The notes under the pieces are model-generated. The model made no database searches. It was not told the DNA's origin and saw nothing but the letters and a program-made list of their open reading frames with translations. 64,000 nucleotides of DNA from Alphaproteobacteria bacterium (GTDB lineage: Bacteria; Pseudomonadota; Alphaproteobacteria; UBA828): the NCBI GenBank assembly GCA_963422645.2, contig CAXXVO010000014.1, forward strand, positions 96,001 to 160,000. Reading direction: 5' to 3'. The translations under genes were made by a program, and so were the position numbers. Below, one piece after another: positions 29,061-38,221 of this stretch; positions within the stretch are counted from its first letter, which is position 1; the number at the start of each line of letters is the position of its first letter.

Positions 29061-30614
29061 CTAGTCGCGGGGGAGCGCCGCCAGCTCCGCAGCGCCGAGC
29101 GATGCCCCGCGACCCTGGATCTTGCGCGCCCGCTCCTGCTCCAAATGGTACATCTCGTCCGCGCGCGCCGTGTCGTGGTTGTACTTGAGCCAGGTCTCGT
29201 CCAGGAAACGATAGCGGTCGGACTGCGGCGCGAAGGCGCGGACCCGCGCGTTGTACTCCTCCAGCGTCAGCACGCCCTGGCTCGTGCGGTAGCGGTCGGC
29301 CTTGGCCGGGAGCGTGGTGGCGCCGGGATAGACCGGGCCGCAAGTGGGCACGTACTCCTCGCCGTCCAGGATCGCGTAAGGGATCGGCGTATACATGCGG
29401 GTCGGGCCGTTGCCGTGCTGCATCATGCTGTAGGACGAAAGGCGATGGCTCGCCAGCGTCAGCAGTCCCACCAACTCGCCCAGGCAGTCGCGGCTGAACT
29501 CGTCGTTGAGCAGGGGGCGGAAGCGCTCCGCCCGCTCGTCGATCAGCATCCAGTCCTCTCGGGCGTAGACGCCGGCGACGTGGGCGAGGTCCTTGCAGAT
29601 GCCGAAGTAGGTGAGCGCGCCGGCGTCGAGCATCTGGTCGCGGCTCCAACCGGCGATGCGCCTCCAGAGCCGCGCCGTCGCTTCCTTGAAGAGCCCGTCC
29701 AGCGTGCGGAATATCTCGGTCAGGGTCTCGCGACTCTCCATCCCCACCGGAACGTGCCCCTCGGTGAGCGGGTCGGAGGTGTAGAGGCCGACGCCGATGA
29801 TACTCTCCGCCCTGAACTCAGGCTCGGATTCGAAGCTTCCCCAGTCGTCGACCAGGTAGAAGTGGCAGTCCTTCACCAGCATCGGGACGGTGAGGTTGTT
29901 GTAGGGAATGTCGGCCGCCACGTCGTCGAGCCAGGGGAAGTCGCCTTCGCCGAGGTCCATGAAGTCGCGGACGATCATCTCCACGCCGTCGGCGACTTTG
30001 TAGGGCCCGGTGTTGAGCAGACTGATGCGGCTCTCGCAGCTCACCAGGAAGCCGTATTGCGCCGCAGAAGCCATGAACTGGGTCGCCGCGCTGTGCAGCG
30101 CATCGCCGGCCTCGCAGCCGTAGGCGTCGGACTCGAAGACCTGAAGCCGCCGCTCCGGCAGGATCTGGCAGCGGTGGCCGAACTCCTTATTGGTGATGTG
30201 GCCGTCGTTACGGTGCCAGGAGAGTTGCAGGCGTTTCCAGAAGTCCATCAGGTAGACGAGGTCTTCCACGGCGTCCTGCGGGCGCAGAAGGCCCATATTG
30301 ATGAGCCACTCGCGGCCGAGCAGGTAGAAGCCCGGCATTCCCCAGCCCATGGCGCTCTTGCCCGGCGGGCGTCCCTCCCGAGCGCGATCGCCGATCTCTT
30401 CCGCCGTCATCACGCTCTCCACCTTTCGCAAGAGCGAGGGGTAGCGGTAGAAGGCGTTGAGGTAGGAGAGCAGCATGTAGGGCGGCACCGGAAAGAGCTT
30501 GGATTCCTGCACGGTGCGCGTGACGCAGAGCCAGTAGGTCTCGTCGGTGAAGGTTTGCAGGAGGTTGTTGGTCTCCAGCAGCTGAGCGTAGGAGAGGCGA
30601 GGCGCGCCGACCAT
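29061..30614 (-). CDS. Hypothetical protein (517 aa), translationally coupled to the His-domain gene
   Basis: Long ORF with protein-like composition; TGATG stop/start overlap at 30612-30616; no motif I recognise. Confidence 0.8.
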   Translation of the reverse strand: MVGAPRLSYAQLLETNNLLQTFTDETYWLCVTRTVQESKLFPVPPYMLLSYLNAFYRYPSLLRKVESVMTAEEIGDRAREGRPPGKSAMGWGMPGFYLLGREWLINMGLLRPQDAVEDLVYLMDFWKRLQLSWHRNDGHITNKEFGHRCQILPERRLQVFESDAYGCEAGDALHSAATQFMASAAQYGFLVSCESRISLLNTGPYKVADGVEMIVRDFMDLGEGDFPWLDDVAADIPYNNLTVPMLVKDCHFYLVDDWGSFESEPEFRAESIIGVGLYTSDPLTEGHVPVGMESRETLTEIFRTLDGLFKEATARLWRRIAGWSRDQMLDAGALTYFGICKDLAHVAGVYAREDWMLIDERAERFRPLLNDEFSRDCLGELVGLLTLASHRLSSYSMMQHGNGPTRMYTPIPYAILDGEEYVPTCGPVYPGATTLPAKADRYRTSQGVLTLEEYNARVRAFAPQSDRYRFLDETWLKYNHDTARADEMYHLEQERARKIQGRGASLGAAELAALPRD

Positions 30615-31366
30615 CACGAAGCCTCCTGGGCCAGCTTCCAGATGTTGGCGGTCACTTCCTCGCCCTTCTGATAGGCCTCCGCCGTTTTCGCCGCCGCGGC
30701 GGTCTCCATCTCCAGGCGCTGACCTTCCTTGATCCCGGTGATCTTGGCGTTCATGAGGCAGGGAATACCGTATTCCCGCGCGAGAATCCCGAGGTGGGAA
30801 CGCACGGTGCCGCCCATGCAGATGATGCCGGTGAATTGCTCCAGGATCGGCGCGGTGAGGGTGCCGCCGGAATCGTCGATGATGGCGATGGTCTCGGGCG
30901 GCACGCCGTCGCCGAGATAGCGCATGACCTGGCTGCTGGAGCGGACGTAGCGCGCGGTGCCTACGGTATTCTCGGCGACGCGCATCACGTTGTCGCCGAC
31001 GCCGCAAAGCGCCCTGCCCTCTGCATCGGCCTCGCCGGAGGGCGCGTCCGGGTGCTCCATGGTCCAGTCGGGGTCGTCACCCAGGATGCCTTCGGCGGGC
31101 TTATAGGCCTCGGGCCGTTCGTTCACCGAAATCACCGCCGAGAAGTCGTAGCGGTGGCCGGCGTCGAGCAGCTTCCTTTCGATCTCCTCGAAATCGGCCG
31201 CGGTGATCAGATCGTAGGACTTGTCGAAGACGAAACTGTTCCAGTCGACCCCGCTCTCGCCCAGGCGGCGCCTCACCAGGTCCTTGATCGCGCTGTGGAA
31301 GGCCTCGACGGTGGGCGAGTGTGCCTGATCGCCGTACTTGTCCGTGTCCACGTAAAGCTTGGCCAC
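30614..31366 (-). CDS. Stand-alone PEP-utilising mobile (phospho-His swivel) domain protein with N-terminal extension
   Basis: GIICMGGTVRSHLGILAREYGIPCLM; GTG start with RBS GGGGAG. Confidence 0.85.
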   Translation of the reverse strand: MAKLYVDTDKYGDQAHSPTVEAFHSAIKDLVRRRLGESGVDWNSFVFDKSYDLITAADFEEIERKLLDAGHRYDFSAVISVNERPEAYKPAEGILGDDPDWTMEHPDAPSGEADAEGRALCGVGDNVMRVAENTVGTARYVRSSSQVMRYLGDGVPPETIAIIDDSGGTLTAPILEQFTGIICMGGTVRSHLGILAREYGIPCLMNAKITGIKEGQRLEMETAAAAKTAEAYQKGEEVTANIWKLAQEAS

Positions 31367-31404
31367 TTTCTCCCCCAGGGCAGGCTCGCCGGAACGGAGG
31401 CGCC

Positions 31405-31433
31405 AACATGCGGATTGGCCTATCAGCTGTCAA
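31405..31433 (-). promoter_or_regulatory. Putative sigma70 promoter for the dikinase/carboxylase operon
   Basis: Minus strand TTGACA-17 bp-CATGTT. Confidence 0.55.
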
Positions 31434-31513
31434 TCTGGCTATCGATCTTGCGCCAGGCGGAAGCCCCGAAGAGACTGCGGCCCCCGCCGCGCCCGCCCGA
31501 AAGGATCCCCGCC

Positions 31514-32302
31514 ATGCCAGCGGAGAGCGATCTCTCCCACCACCGCATCCTGGTCACCAATGACGACGGCATCCATGCCAGGGGGCTGAAAATTCTCGAG
31601 GCGATCGCGCGGAGCCTGTCCGACGATGTCTGGGTCGTCGCGCCTGATCACGAGCGGAGCGGCGCCGGCCATTCCATCTCGATGCACACGCCGATCCGCC
31701 TGCGCCAGATGGGGGAGAAGCGCTACGCGGTGGACGGTACGCCCACCGACTGTGCGCTCATGGCGATCCACGAGCTGATGACCGAAAGCCCGCCCACGGT
31801 CCTCCTCTCCGGCATCAATCGCGGCGCCAATCTCGCGGATGACATGACCTATTCGGGCACCATCGCCGCCGCGATGGAGGGGACCCTGCTCGGCATCCGC
31901 TCGATCGCGCTCAGCCAGGTGTTCACCATGGGCGGTGAGGCGCTCTGGGCCACGGCGGAGGCCTTCGCGCCGGACGTGATCCAAACCCTCATGCGCCTGC
32001 CGGACTGGCCCTCCGGCACGCTGGTCAACGTCAACTTCCCGGATGCGCTGCCGGAATCTGTGAGCGGCGTCCGCATCACCACCCAGGGGCAGAGGCCGCC
32101 CGGCTCCTTCACCATCGACGGGCGGATCGACACGCGCCACGTGCCCTACTACTGGGTGGAGATCAGCTACAAGAACGGCGGCAAACACCCCGGCACCGAT
32201 CTCTTAGCAATCCACGAGAACGCGATATCGGTCACGCCGATCCAGCTCGACATGACCAATCATGGCTGGCGCGGCCACTTGACGGAGGCGTTCGGCTCGT
32301 AA
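31514..32302 (+). CDS. surE: SurE-family 5'/3'-nucleotidase/phosphatase
   Basis: ILVTNDDGI, DGTPTDC, SGINRGAN, YSGT, NVNFP, ISVTPI. Confidence 0.93.
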   Translation: MPAESDLSHHRILVTNDDGIHARGLKILEAIARSLSDDVWVVAPDHERSGAGHSISMHTPIRLRQMGEKRYAVDGTPTDCALMAIHELMTESPPTVLLSGINRGANLADDMTYSGTIAAAMEGTLLGIRSIALSQVFTMGGEALWATAEAFAPDVIQTLMRLPDWPSGTLVNVNFPDALPESVSGVRITTQGQRPPGSFTIDGRIDTRHVPYYWVEISYKNGGKHPGTDLLAIHENAISVTPIQLDMTNHGWRGHLTEAFGS

Positions 32303-32314
32303 CCGGAGCGTCGT

Positions 32315-32343
32315 TTGACACCCCAAGGGGCGCTCACCATACT
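32315..32343 (+). promoter_or_regulatory. Putative sigma70 promoter of the ABC transporter operon
   Basis: TTGACA-17 bp-CATACT. Confidence 0.65.
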
Positions 32344-32404
32344 CCGCTGCGAATTTTGTGCGGTTTCGCATGATGCGCGTGGCGCTGAATAAGGGGAGAG
32401 GGAG

Positions 32405-33784
32405 ATGACACTATCATTTGGTGTAATTCGGGCAGGGCTGCTTGGCGCAGCCCTGTGTGTGGGCCTCGTGGCCGGCCCGCAGCTGGCCAAGGCCGAGGAC
32501 ACCTTCAAGTTCGGCGGCGTCTTCACGCTCTCGGGTCCGGCCTCCTTCCTTGGTCTCTTCGAGGAAGCGGCCGTGAGGCTCGCCGTCGAGCAGTTCATGA
32601 AGGGCGATTGCATCGTCGAGGCCGTTCCGCCGCAGCCCTGCGAGGGCGGCGGGCTCAAGATCGGAGACAAGGTCGTCCCCATCGAGTGGACGGCCTACGA
32701 CGACGTCTCCGAGGACAAGAAGTCGATCGACGCCGTCATCCGCCTGGTCGAGCAGGACGAAGCCCGGGCAATCTGGGGCCCGCGGATGAATTCGGCGTTG
32801 CTCTCGGCTGCGTCGATCCTCGATCCGCAGGGAATCATCAGCATCTGCGCGATCTGCTCGAGCCCGGCGATGACCGTGGGCCGCGAGTACGGCCACGACA
32901 TCACCGACACCGGCGTGATCGAGAAGCACGGCATGGGCGAGCTCATCCACGAATCGTCCGAGAGGCTGGCGGAGCACGGCATCGATCCCGCGCTCTTCGA
33001 TGGGCGCAAGAAGCTCGGCTTCATCGGCCGGAACGAGCTTTACACCGTGCATGGCTCCATCGGCTGGCAGGAAGCGGTGGAGAAGGGCGGCGGCAGGTAC
33101 GAGTACCAGCACGACTGGGCGGTGCTCTATCCCTTCGGCACCACCGACTTCGCGCCCCACGTCGCCAGGCTCGCCGAGCAGGATCCCGACATCGTCCTGA
33201 TGGATGCCTACATCTTCCCCGACATGCTGGCGATCATGAGTGAGATGAAGAAGCAGGGGCTCGACTATGAGACCGGCGAGATCATTCTGCTCGGCAACGA
33301 CGTGCTGATGCTGCAGGTCTTCGTCGACGTGGCCAAGGATCAAGGCATCAACATGTCGTCGGGCTACGTCTGGGGTTGGCAAGAGCATAACCCGGCGCAG
33401 GACGAAGCCACGCTGGCGCGGGTCGAGAAATACGTGCCCATCTACAACGCGAAGTACGGCGACACCGAGGTCGGGAGCTCGAGCCCCTTCGATCGCGGCG
33501 CCTACGACGCCGCCATCTGGTTCCTCTACGGCGTGCAGGCCTCGGGCGATCACACCGACAACGACAAGATCGTGGAAGCCTGGCGCAGCCTGAAGATCAA
33601 CGGCCTGCGCGGGCCGACGAACGAGTTCTTCACCCGGCCCGATACCGGCGAGAAGACCGGCCAGCTGTTCGCGACCGAGTACATCATCGGCGTCGCGGAC
33701 GACAAGGTCTTCTACACCGGCATCAGCTATCGCGACGAGCTCTTCTACGGGCCCTACGTCTACGGCGACAAGCTGCCGAAGTAG
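32405..33784 (+). CDS. ABC transporter substrate-binding protein (LivK-like)
   Basis: Signal peptide, LSGPA, TTDFAP, YDA; lies upstream of LivH/M/G/F-type genes. Confidence 0.88.
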   Translation: MTLSFGVIRAGLLGAALCVGLVAGPQLAKAEDTFKFGGVFTLSGPASFLGLFEEAAVRLAVEQFMKGDCIVEAVPPQPCEGGGLKIGDKVVPIEWTAYDDVSEDKKSIDAVIRLVEQDEARAIWGPRMNSALLSAASILDPQGIISICAICSSPAMTVGREYGHDITDTGVIEKHGMGELIHESSERLAEHGIDPALFDGRKKLGFIGRNELYTVHGSIGWQEAVEKGGGRYEYQHDWAVLYPFGTTDFAPHVARLAEQDPDIVLMDAYIFPDMLAIMSEMKKQGLDYETGEIILLGNDVLMLQVFVDVAKDQGINMSSGYVWGWQEHNPAQDEATLARVEKYVPIYNAKYGDTEVGSSSPFDRGAYDAAIWFLYGVQASGDHTDNDKIVEAWRSLKINGLRGPTNEFFTRPDTGEKTGQLFATEYIIGVADDKVFYTGISYRDELFYGPYVYGDKLPK

Positions 33785-33836
33785 CCCTGCGGCGGGGGCG
33801 GTCTAGGCCGGGTTCCGCAGGTTGAGAAGACGCTGG

Positions 33837-33876
33837 GGCGGCGCCTGCCCGCGAGGGCGCGCGCCGCCTCTCTTTT
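33837..33876 (+). terminator. Intrinsic terminator-like hairpin after the SBP gene
   Basis: GGCGGCGC..GCCC-GCGA-GGGC..GCGCCGCC followed by TCTCTTTT. Confidence 0.55.
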
Positions 33877-34018
33877 GCCCTCAATCGCCGGGCGCTCGCT
33901 CCGCGAGCTTGGCTCCGCGCCATGCGGCGCGCCGGCGCGGTCGCGCCGGCCAGACCGCTTCGCGGCCCGGTTTTTCTGACGTCCATACTTTGTCGCCTGC
34001 CGGCAAGGTCGGGATTCC

Positions 34019-34894
34019 GTGACCGCGTTCGCTCAGCAGCTCATCTACGGCGCCTCCTACGGCATGAACCTTGCCGTGGCGGCGGCGGGGTTGGCCCTCA
34101 TCTTCGGCGTCTACCGGGTCATCAATCTCGCCCACGGGCAGCTCATCATGCTCGGCGGCTTCGTGGCCTACGTGGTCGCGACGCAGCTCGGCACGCATTT
34201 CTTCGTCGGCTTCTTCGCCGCCATGATCGTCATGGGGCTGCTCAGCATCGTGCTGGAGAACGCTGTCTTCCGCTTCCTCCAGCGCCGTCCGCTCACCGAC
34301 CAGCTGCTGGCGTCGCTCGGCATCTACATGGTGCTGGGCACCACGGCGCTGCGTATCTGGGGGGACTTCGAAGCCCGGCCGATCAACATGCCGGGCGAGG
34401 ACTGGGCGCTGACAGCCGGTGAAATCCGTATCGACGGTGCGCGACTGGTCACCATCGCCATTACTCTCGTCCTGTTCGCATTGCTCTATTTCGTCGTCTA
34501 CCGCACCCATCTCGGGCGGACCATGCGCGCCACCGCCCAGGGGGAGGAAACCGCCGCCCTGATGGGCATCAAGAAGCGCCGGGTGGCGGCCATCGTGTTC
34601 TTCCTCGGCGGCGCGCTCGGCGGCGCTGCCGGCGCCATGCTCGGCGCGCTCTTCAACGTGCGGCCGGACATGGGCTTCCAGCCGCTGCTGATGGCGCTCG
34701 TCATCATCATCTTCGGGGGCATGGGCAGCATCGCGGGCTCCATCGTCGCCGGCCTCATCCTCGGCATTCTCTACAACCTCACGGTGTTCTACGTCGGCTC
34801 CAAGCTCGGCGATCTGGTGCCCTTCCTGGTGCTTCTGGCGATTCTGATGATCCGCCCTCAGGGGCTCTTCGGCCTGCCGGATCGGAACGCATGA
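34019..34894 (+). CDS. Branched-chain amino acid-type ABC permease (LivH-like)
   Basis: GLALIFG..VINLAHG, GRTMRATAQ, A.LMGI, GGMGS. Confidence 0.93.
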   Translation: MTAFAQQLIYGASYGMNLAVAAAGLALIFGVYRVINLAHGQLIMLGGFVAYVVATQLGTHFFVGFFAAMIVMGLLSIVLENAVFRFLQRRPLTDQLLASLGIYMVLGTTALRIWGDFEARPINMPGEDWALTAGEIRIDGARLVTIAITLVLFALLYFVVYRTHLGRTMRATAQGEETAALMGIKKRRVAAIVFFLGGALGGAAGAMLGALFNVRPDMGFQPLLMALVIIIFGGMGSIAGSIVAGLILGILYNLTVFYVGSKLGDLVPFLVLLAILMIRPQGLFGLPDRNA

Positions 34895-35928
34895 CGATGC
34901 TCCAGGGTCGCCAGCTATCGCTTCGGGACCGCCGCACGCGGGCCGTGATCGGCTGGCTCGTCCTGCTCGCCTTCCTCGGCATCCTGTGGGCGACGGTCGA
35001 CAACAACTATCACCTGCGCCTGCTGGTGGGCGCGGGCACGGCGATGATCGCGGTCATCCCCTTCGGGCTGCTCATGGGCCACATGGGCTACCTCGCCATG
35101 GGGCAGGGCGGCTTTGTCGGCGTCGGCGCCTACGTGGTGGGCGTGCTCACGGTGCAGCAGTTCGAGTTCGACTTCTGGGCCGCGCTGCCCTGCGCCATCA
35201 TCATTACCGGCGCGCTCGCCTATCTGCTGAGCTATCCGCTGTTCCGGCTGCGCGGCTACCACTTCGCCATCGGCACGCTCGCCGTGGGCCAGCTGCTCTA
35301 CATCATGTTCGACAGCTGGGAGTGGTTCACCGGCGGCCCGCACGGCACCGCCGGCATCGCGCGGCCGGCGCTCGGCGACTACGCCTTCGTCACCAATGCG
35401 CGCTTCCTCATCGTGGTGCTCGTCTTCCTCGTGATCGCGGCGTTCTCTTCATGGTGGCTCGCGCGCGGGCATGTGGGCCGCGCCTTGAGCGCGATCCGCC
35501 AGGACGAGGATCTCGCCGCCGCGCGCGGCCTCGATGTCTTCCGTTACAAGCAGCTTGTCTTCGTCTTTGCCGCCGGCTTCGCGGGCCTCTCCGGGGCACT
35601 CTATGCCTCCATGCAGATCGCCATCGACCCGAGCTCGTTCACCATCTGGAGCTCCTTCCAGTACGTGATCTACGTCATTATCGGCGGCTCGGGCACGCTC
35701 TTAGGGCCCGCCATCGGCGTCGTCTTCCTGGTGGTTCTCGATCAGTTCATCCAGGACTTCGGCAAGTGGAACCAGATCGTGCTCGGCGGCCTGATCGTGG
35801 TCACGGTCCTGTTCTTCCGCGGGGGTCTCTGGGGCGGCGCTAATCTGCTTTGTCGCTTCGCCCTCGAAGCCGTCGGCATCAGGCAGAGAGTGGCCGAGGC
35901 GCTCGGCGCCGCACCGAGGGGGCGGTAG
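34891..35928 (+). CDS. Branched-chain amino acid-type ABC permease (LivM-like)
   Basis: RLRGYHFAIGTL, TGGPHG, GRALSAIRQDE, IGGSGTLLGP. Confidence 0.93.
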   Translation: MTMLQGRQLSLRDRRTRAVIGWLVLLAFLGILWATVDNNYHLRLLVGAGTAMIAVIPFGLLMGHMGYLAMGQGGFVGVGAYVVGVLTVQQFEFDFWAALPCAIIITGALAYLLSYPLFRLRGYHFAIGTLAVGQLLYIMFDSWEWFTGGPHGTAGIARPALGDYAFVTNARFLIVVLVFLVIAAFSSWWLARGHVGRALSAIRQDEDLAAARGLDVFRYKQLVFVFAAGFAGLSGALYASMQIAIDPSSFTIWSSFQYVIYVIIGGSGTLLGPAIGVVFLVVLDQFIQDFGKWNQIVLGGLIVVTVLFFRGGLWGGANLLCRFALEAVGIRQRVAEALGAAPRGR

Positions 35929-35934
35929 CGGCCA

Positions 35935-36684
35935 ATGGACGCGATCCTCGCGATCCGCAACCTGAGCAAGCGCTTCGGCGGCGTCGAAGCCGTGCGCGAA
36001 GTGAGCTTCGACGTGCCACGCGGCGCGCTGGTCGGCTTGATCGGGCCCAACGGCGCCGGCAAGACGACCCTCGTCAACCTCGTCACCAAGCACGCGACGC
36101 CCGATGCTGGCACGGTGACGCTGGACACGAAACCGATCCACCGCCTGCCGTCCTACAAGGTCGCGCGCAGTGGCCTCAGCCGCACCTACCAGAAGAACCG
36201 CCTCTTCACCGAGGAGTCGGTGGAGGAGAACATCAGGACGGCGATGATCTGGGGCGGCCGGCACGGGGGCCGTGACCTCAGCTATCCCGGCTGCGCCGGC
36301 GACGAGGATGCCCGATGCGACGCGCTGCTCGAATTCTTCGAGCTGGAGGCGGTCCGGGGCGACCTGCCGACCGATCTCAGCCACCTGATGCGCCGGCGCG
36401 CGGAGATCGCACAGGCGCTGGCGCTCGGCCCCAAGGTCCTGCTGCTCGACGAGCCCTTCGCCGGCTTCAGCCGCGAGGAGTCCTTCGACCTGATCGAACA
36501 TCTGCGCGAATGCCAGCGCGGCGGCCTCACCATGCTCCTGATCGACCACAACATGGAAGTGGTCATGGACGTCTGCGAGTACCTGTTCGTCATGCATCAC
36601 GGCGCGCTGCTGGTCTCGGGCACGCCAGAGGAGATCCGCGCCAACGAGCAGGTGGTCAGCATCTATCTCGGCGGCGAGCACTGA
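35935..36684 (+). CDS. ABC ATPase (LivG-like)
   Basis: Walker A GPNGAGKTT, Walker B LLLDEP, C-terminal YLG. Confidence 0.93.
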   Translation: MDAILAIRNLSKRFGGVEAVREVSFDVPRGALVGLIGPNGAGKTTLVNLVTKHATPDAGTVTLDTKPIHRLPSYKVARSGLSRTYQKNRLFTEESVEENIRTAMIWGGRHGGRDLSYPGCAGDEDARCDALLEFFELEAVRGDLPTDLSHLMRRRAEIAQALALGPKVLLLDEPFAGFSREESFDLIEHLRECQRGGLTMLLIDHNMEVVMDVCEYLFVMHHGALLVSGTPEEIRANEQVVSIYLGGEH

Positions 36685-36685
36685 G

Positions 36686-37393
36686 ATGCTGGAGATCGAG
36701 GACCTGACGCTCGCCTACGGCGTGAACCGCGTGGTGCGGGGCGTGAGCCTTTCGGTCGAGCAGGGCGAGGTCTGCGCGCTGCTCGGCCCCAACGGCGCGG
36801 GCAAGACCTCGATCCTGCGCGCGATCAGCGGCCTCATGCAGCCGGTCGACGGACAAATCAATTTCGAGGGAAAGTCGCTGCTCAGGCGCGCGCCGGACAG
36901 GATCGTGCTGGACGGAATCGCCCACGTGCCCGAGGGGCGGCGCATCTTCCCGGAGATGAGCGTGCTCGACAATCTGCTGGTGGGCGCCACGGTGCACATC
37001 CGTGCGCGCCAGAAGACGCGCGAGCTGATCGAGCGGAACTACGCGATGTTCCCGATCCTGAAGGAGCGCGCCCGGCAGGCGGGCGGCACGCTCTCCGGCG
37101 GCGAGCAGCAGCAGCTCACCATCGCGCGCGGCCTGATGGCGCAGCCCCGGCTGCTCATGGTGGATGAGCCGACGCTGGGGCTCGCGCCCGCCATCATCAA
37201 CACGCTCGTCGACACCTTCCGCGCGCTCAAGTCGCTGGGCCTTACCATCATCGTTGCCGAGCAAAACGCCGAGTTCGCATTTCGGGTCGCCGACAACGGG
37301 ACCGTCATCTCCGGCGGCGAGGTGAGCTTCCGCGGCACCGTGGACGCGCTCAAGGATTCGGACCGTCTCAAACGCGCCTATCTGGGCGCCTGA
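36686..37393 (+). CDS. ABC ATPase (LivF-like)
   Basis: GPNGAGKT, VPEGRRIF, LSGGEQQ, DEPTLGLAP. Confidence 0.94.
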   Translation: MLEIEDLTLAYGVNRVVRGVSLSVEQGEVCALLGPNGAGKTSILRAISGLMQPVDGQINFEGKSLLRRAPDRIVLDGIAHVPEGRRIFPEMSVLDNLLVGATVHIRARQKTRELIERNYAMFPILKERARQAGGTLSGGEQQQLTIARGLMAQPRLLMVDEPTLGLAPAIINTLVDTFRALKSLGLTIIVAEQNAEFAFRVADNGTVISGGEVSFRGTVDALKDSDRLKRAYLGA

Positions 37394-37428
37394 GCGACGC
37401 TCGCCGCCCGAAACAGGAGGATCGCGCC

Positions 37429-38202
37429 ATGGGCTTCGTGAAAACGCCCGAGGAGGTGCAGCGCATCGAGGCGGTGCTGAAGCGGCCGCGCTTCGTCGGC
37501 GCCGAGATGCTCATGATCGAATTCCTCACGCGGCCGGAGATCGTGGCCGAGGTGCTGCCGCCCGGGCTGGAGCCCGTGACGGAGCCGCTGGTAACGGCGA
37601 TGGTGGGCCGCTGGCGCTCCAACTGCGTGGCCGACTTCGCCGGCGGCGCGATCTACGTCATGGCCCGGCACGGGGACATCGAGGCGCCCTACGTGCTCTC
37701 GATGTTCATGGATCAGGACCACGCGATCATCTTCGGGCGCGACCTCTTCGGCGAGCCCAAGAAGCAGGCCACGACGCGCCTGCAGCGGGGCGGCGATGCC
37801 ATGCACGGCTACGTCGAGCGGCTCGGCACACGCGTGATCGAGATCGAGGCGACGCTGCCGGACGAGCGCGAGCCCAGCCGCGAGAAGGGCGCCAACTTCA
37901 ACATCAAGGCGCTGCCGTCGTGCACCGGCACAGGCCTCGAGGACGACCCCGTCCTCACGCTGGCCGAGTTCGACAACCACCTGACCGTGCGGCGGGAGGG
38001 AACGGGCACGCTCGCACTCCGCTCGACCGTGCACGATCCGCTGGCCGACATCGAGGTCTGCGAGGTGCGCGGCGCCTCCTACATCGAGGGCGACCTGCAC
38101 TCGACCTGCCGACCGCTGGCCCGGCTGCCGGCCGATGAGTTTGTGCCCTACCTCTACGGCCGGCTCGACGACTGGTCAGCGCTCGACACGGAAAACGGCT
38201 AG
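37429..38202 (+). CDS. Acetoacetate decarboxylase family protein 1
   Basis: LPPGLEP and GRDLFGEPKK (Schiff-base Lys motif). Confidence 0.85.
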   Translation: MGFVKTPEEVQRIEAVLKRPRFVGAEMLMIEFLTRPEIVAEVLPPGLEPVTEPLVTAMVGRWRSNCVADFAGGAIYVMARHGDIEAPYVLSMFMDQDHAIIFGRDLFGEPKKQATTRLQRGGDAMHGYVERLGTRVIEIEATLPDEREPSREKGANFNIKALPSCTGTGLEDDPVLTLAEFDNHLTVRREGTGTLALRSTVHDPLADIEVCEVRGASYIEGDLHSTCRPLARLPADEFVPYLYGRLDDWSALDTENG

Positions 38203-38221
38203 GCGCTCAGGGAGACGCACG

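Noticed and set aside
31436-31451. Sigma54 promoter TGGC...TTGC
   Set aside because: Spacing is 8 nt between TGGC and TTGC instead of the required 7.
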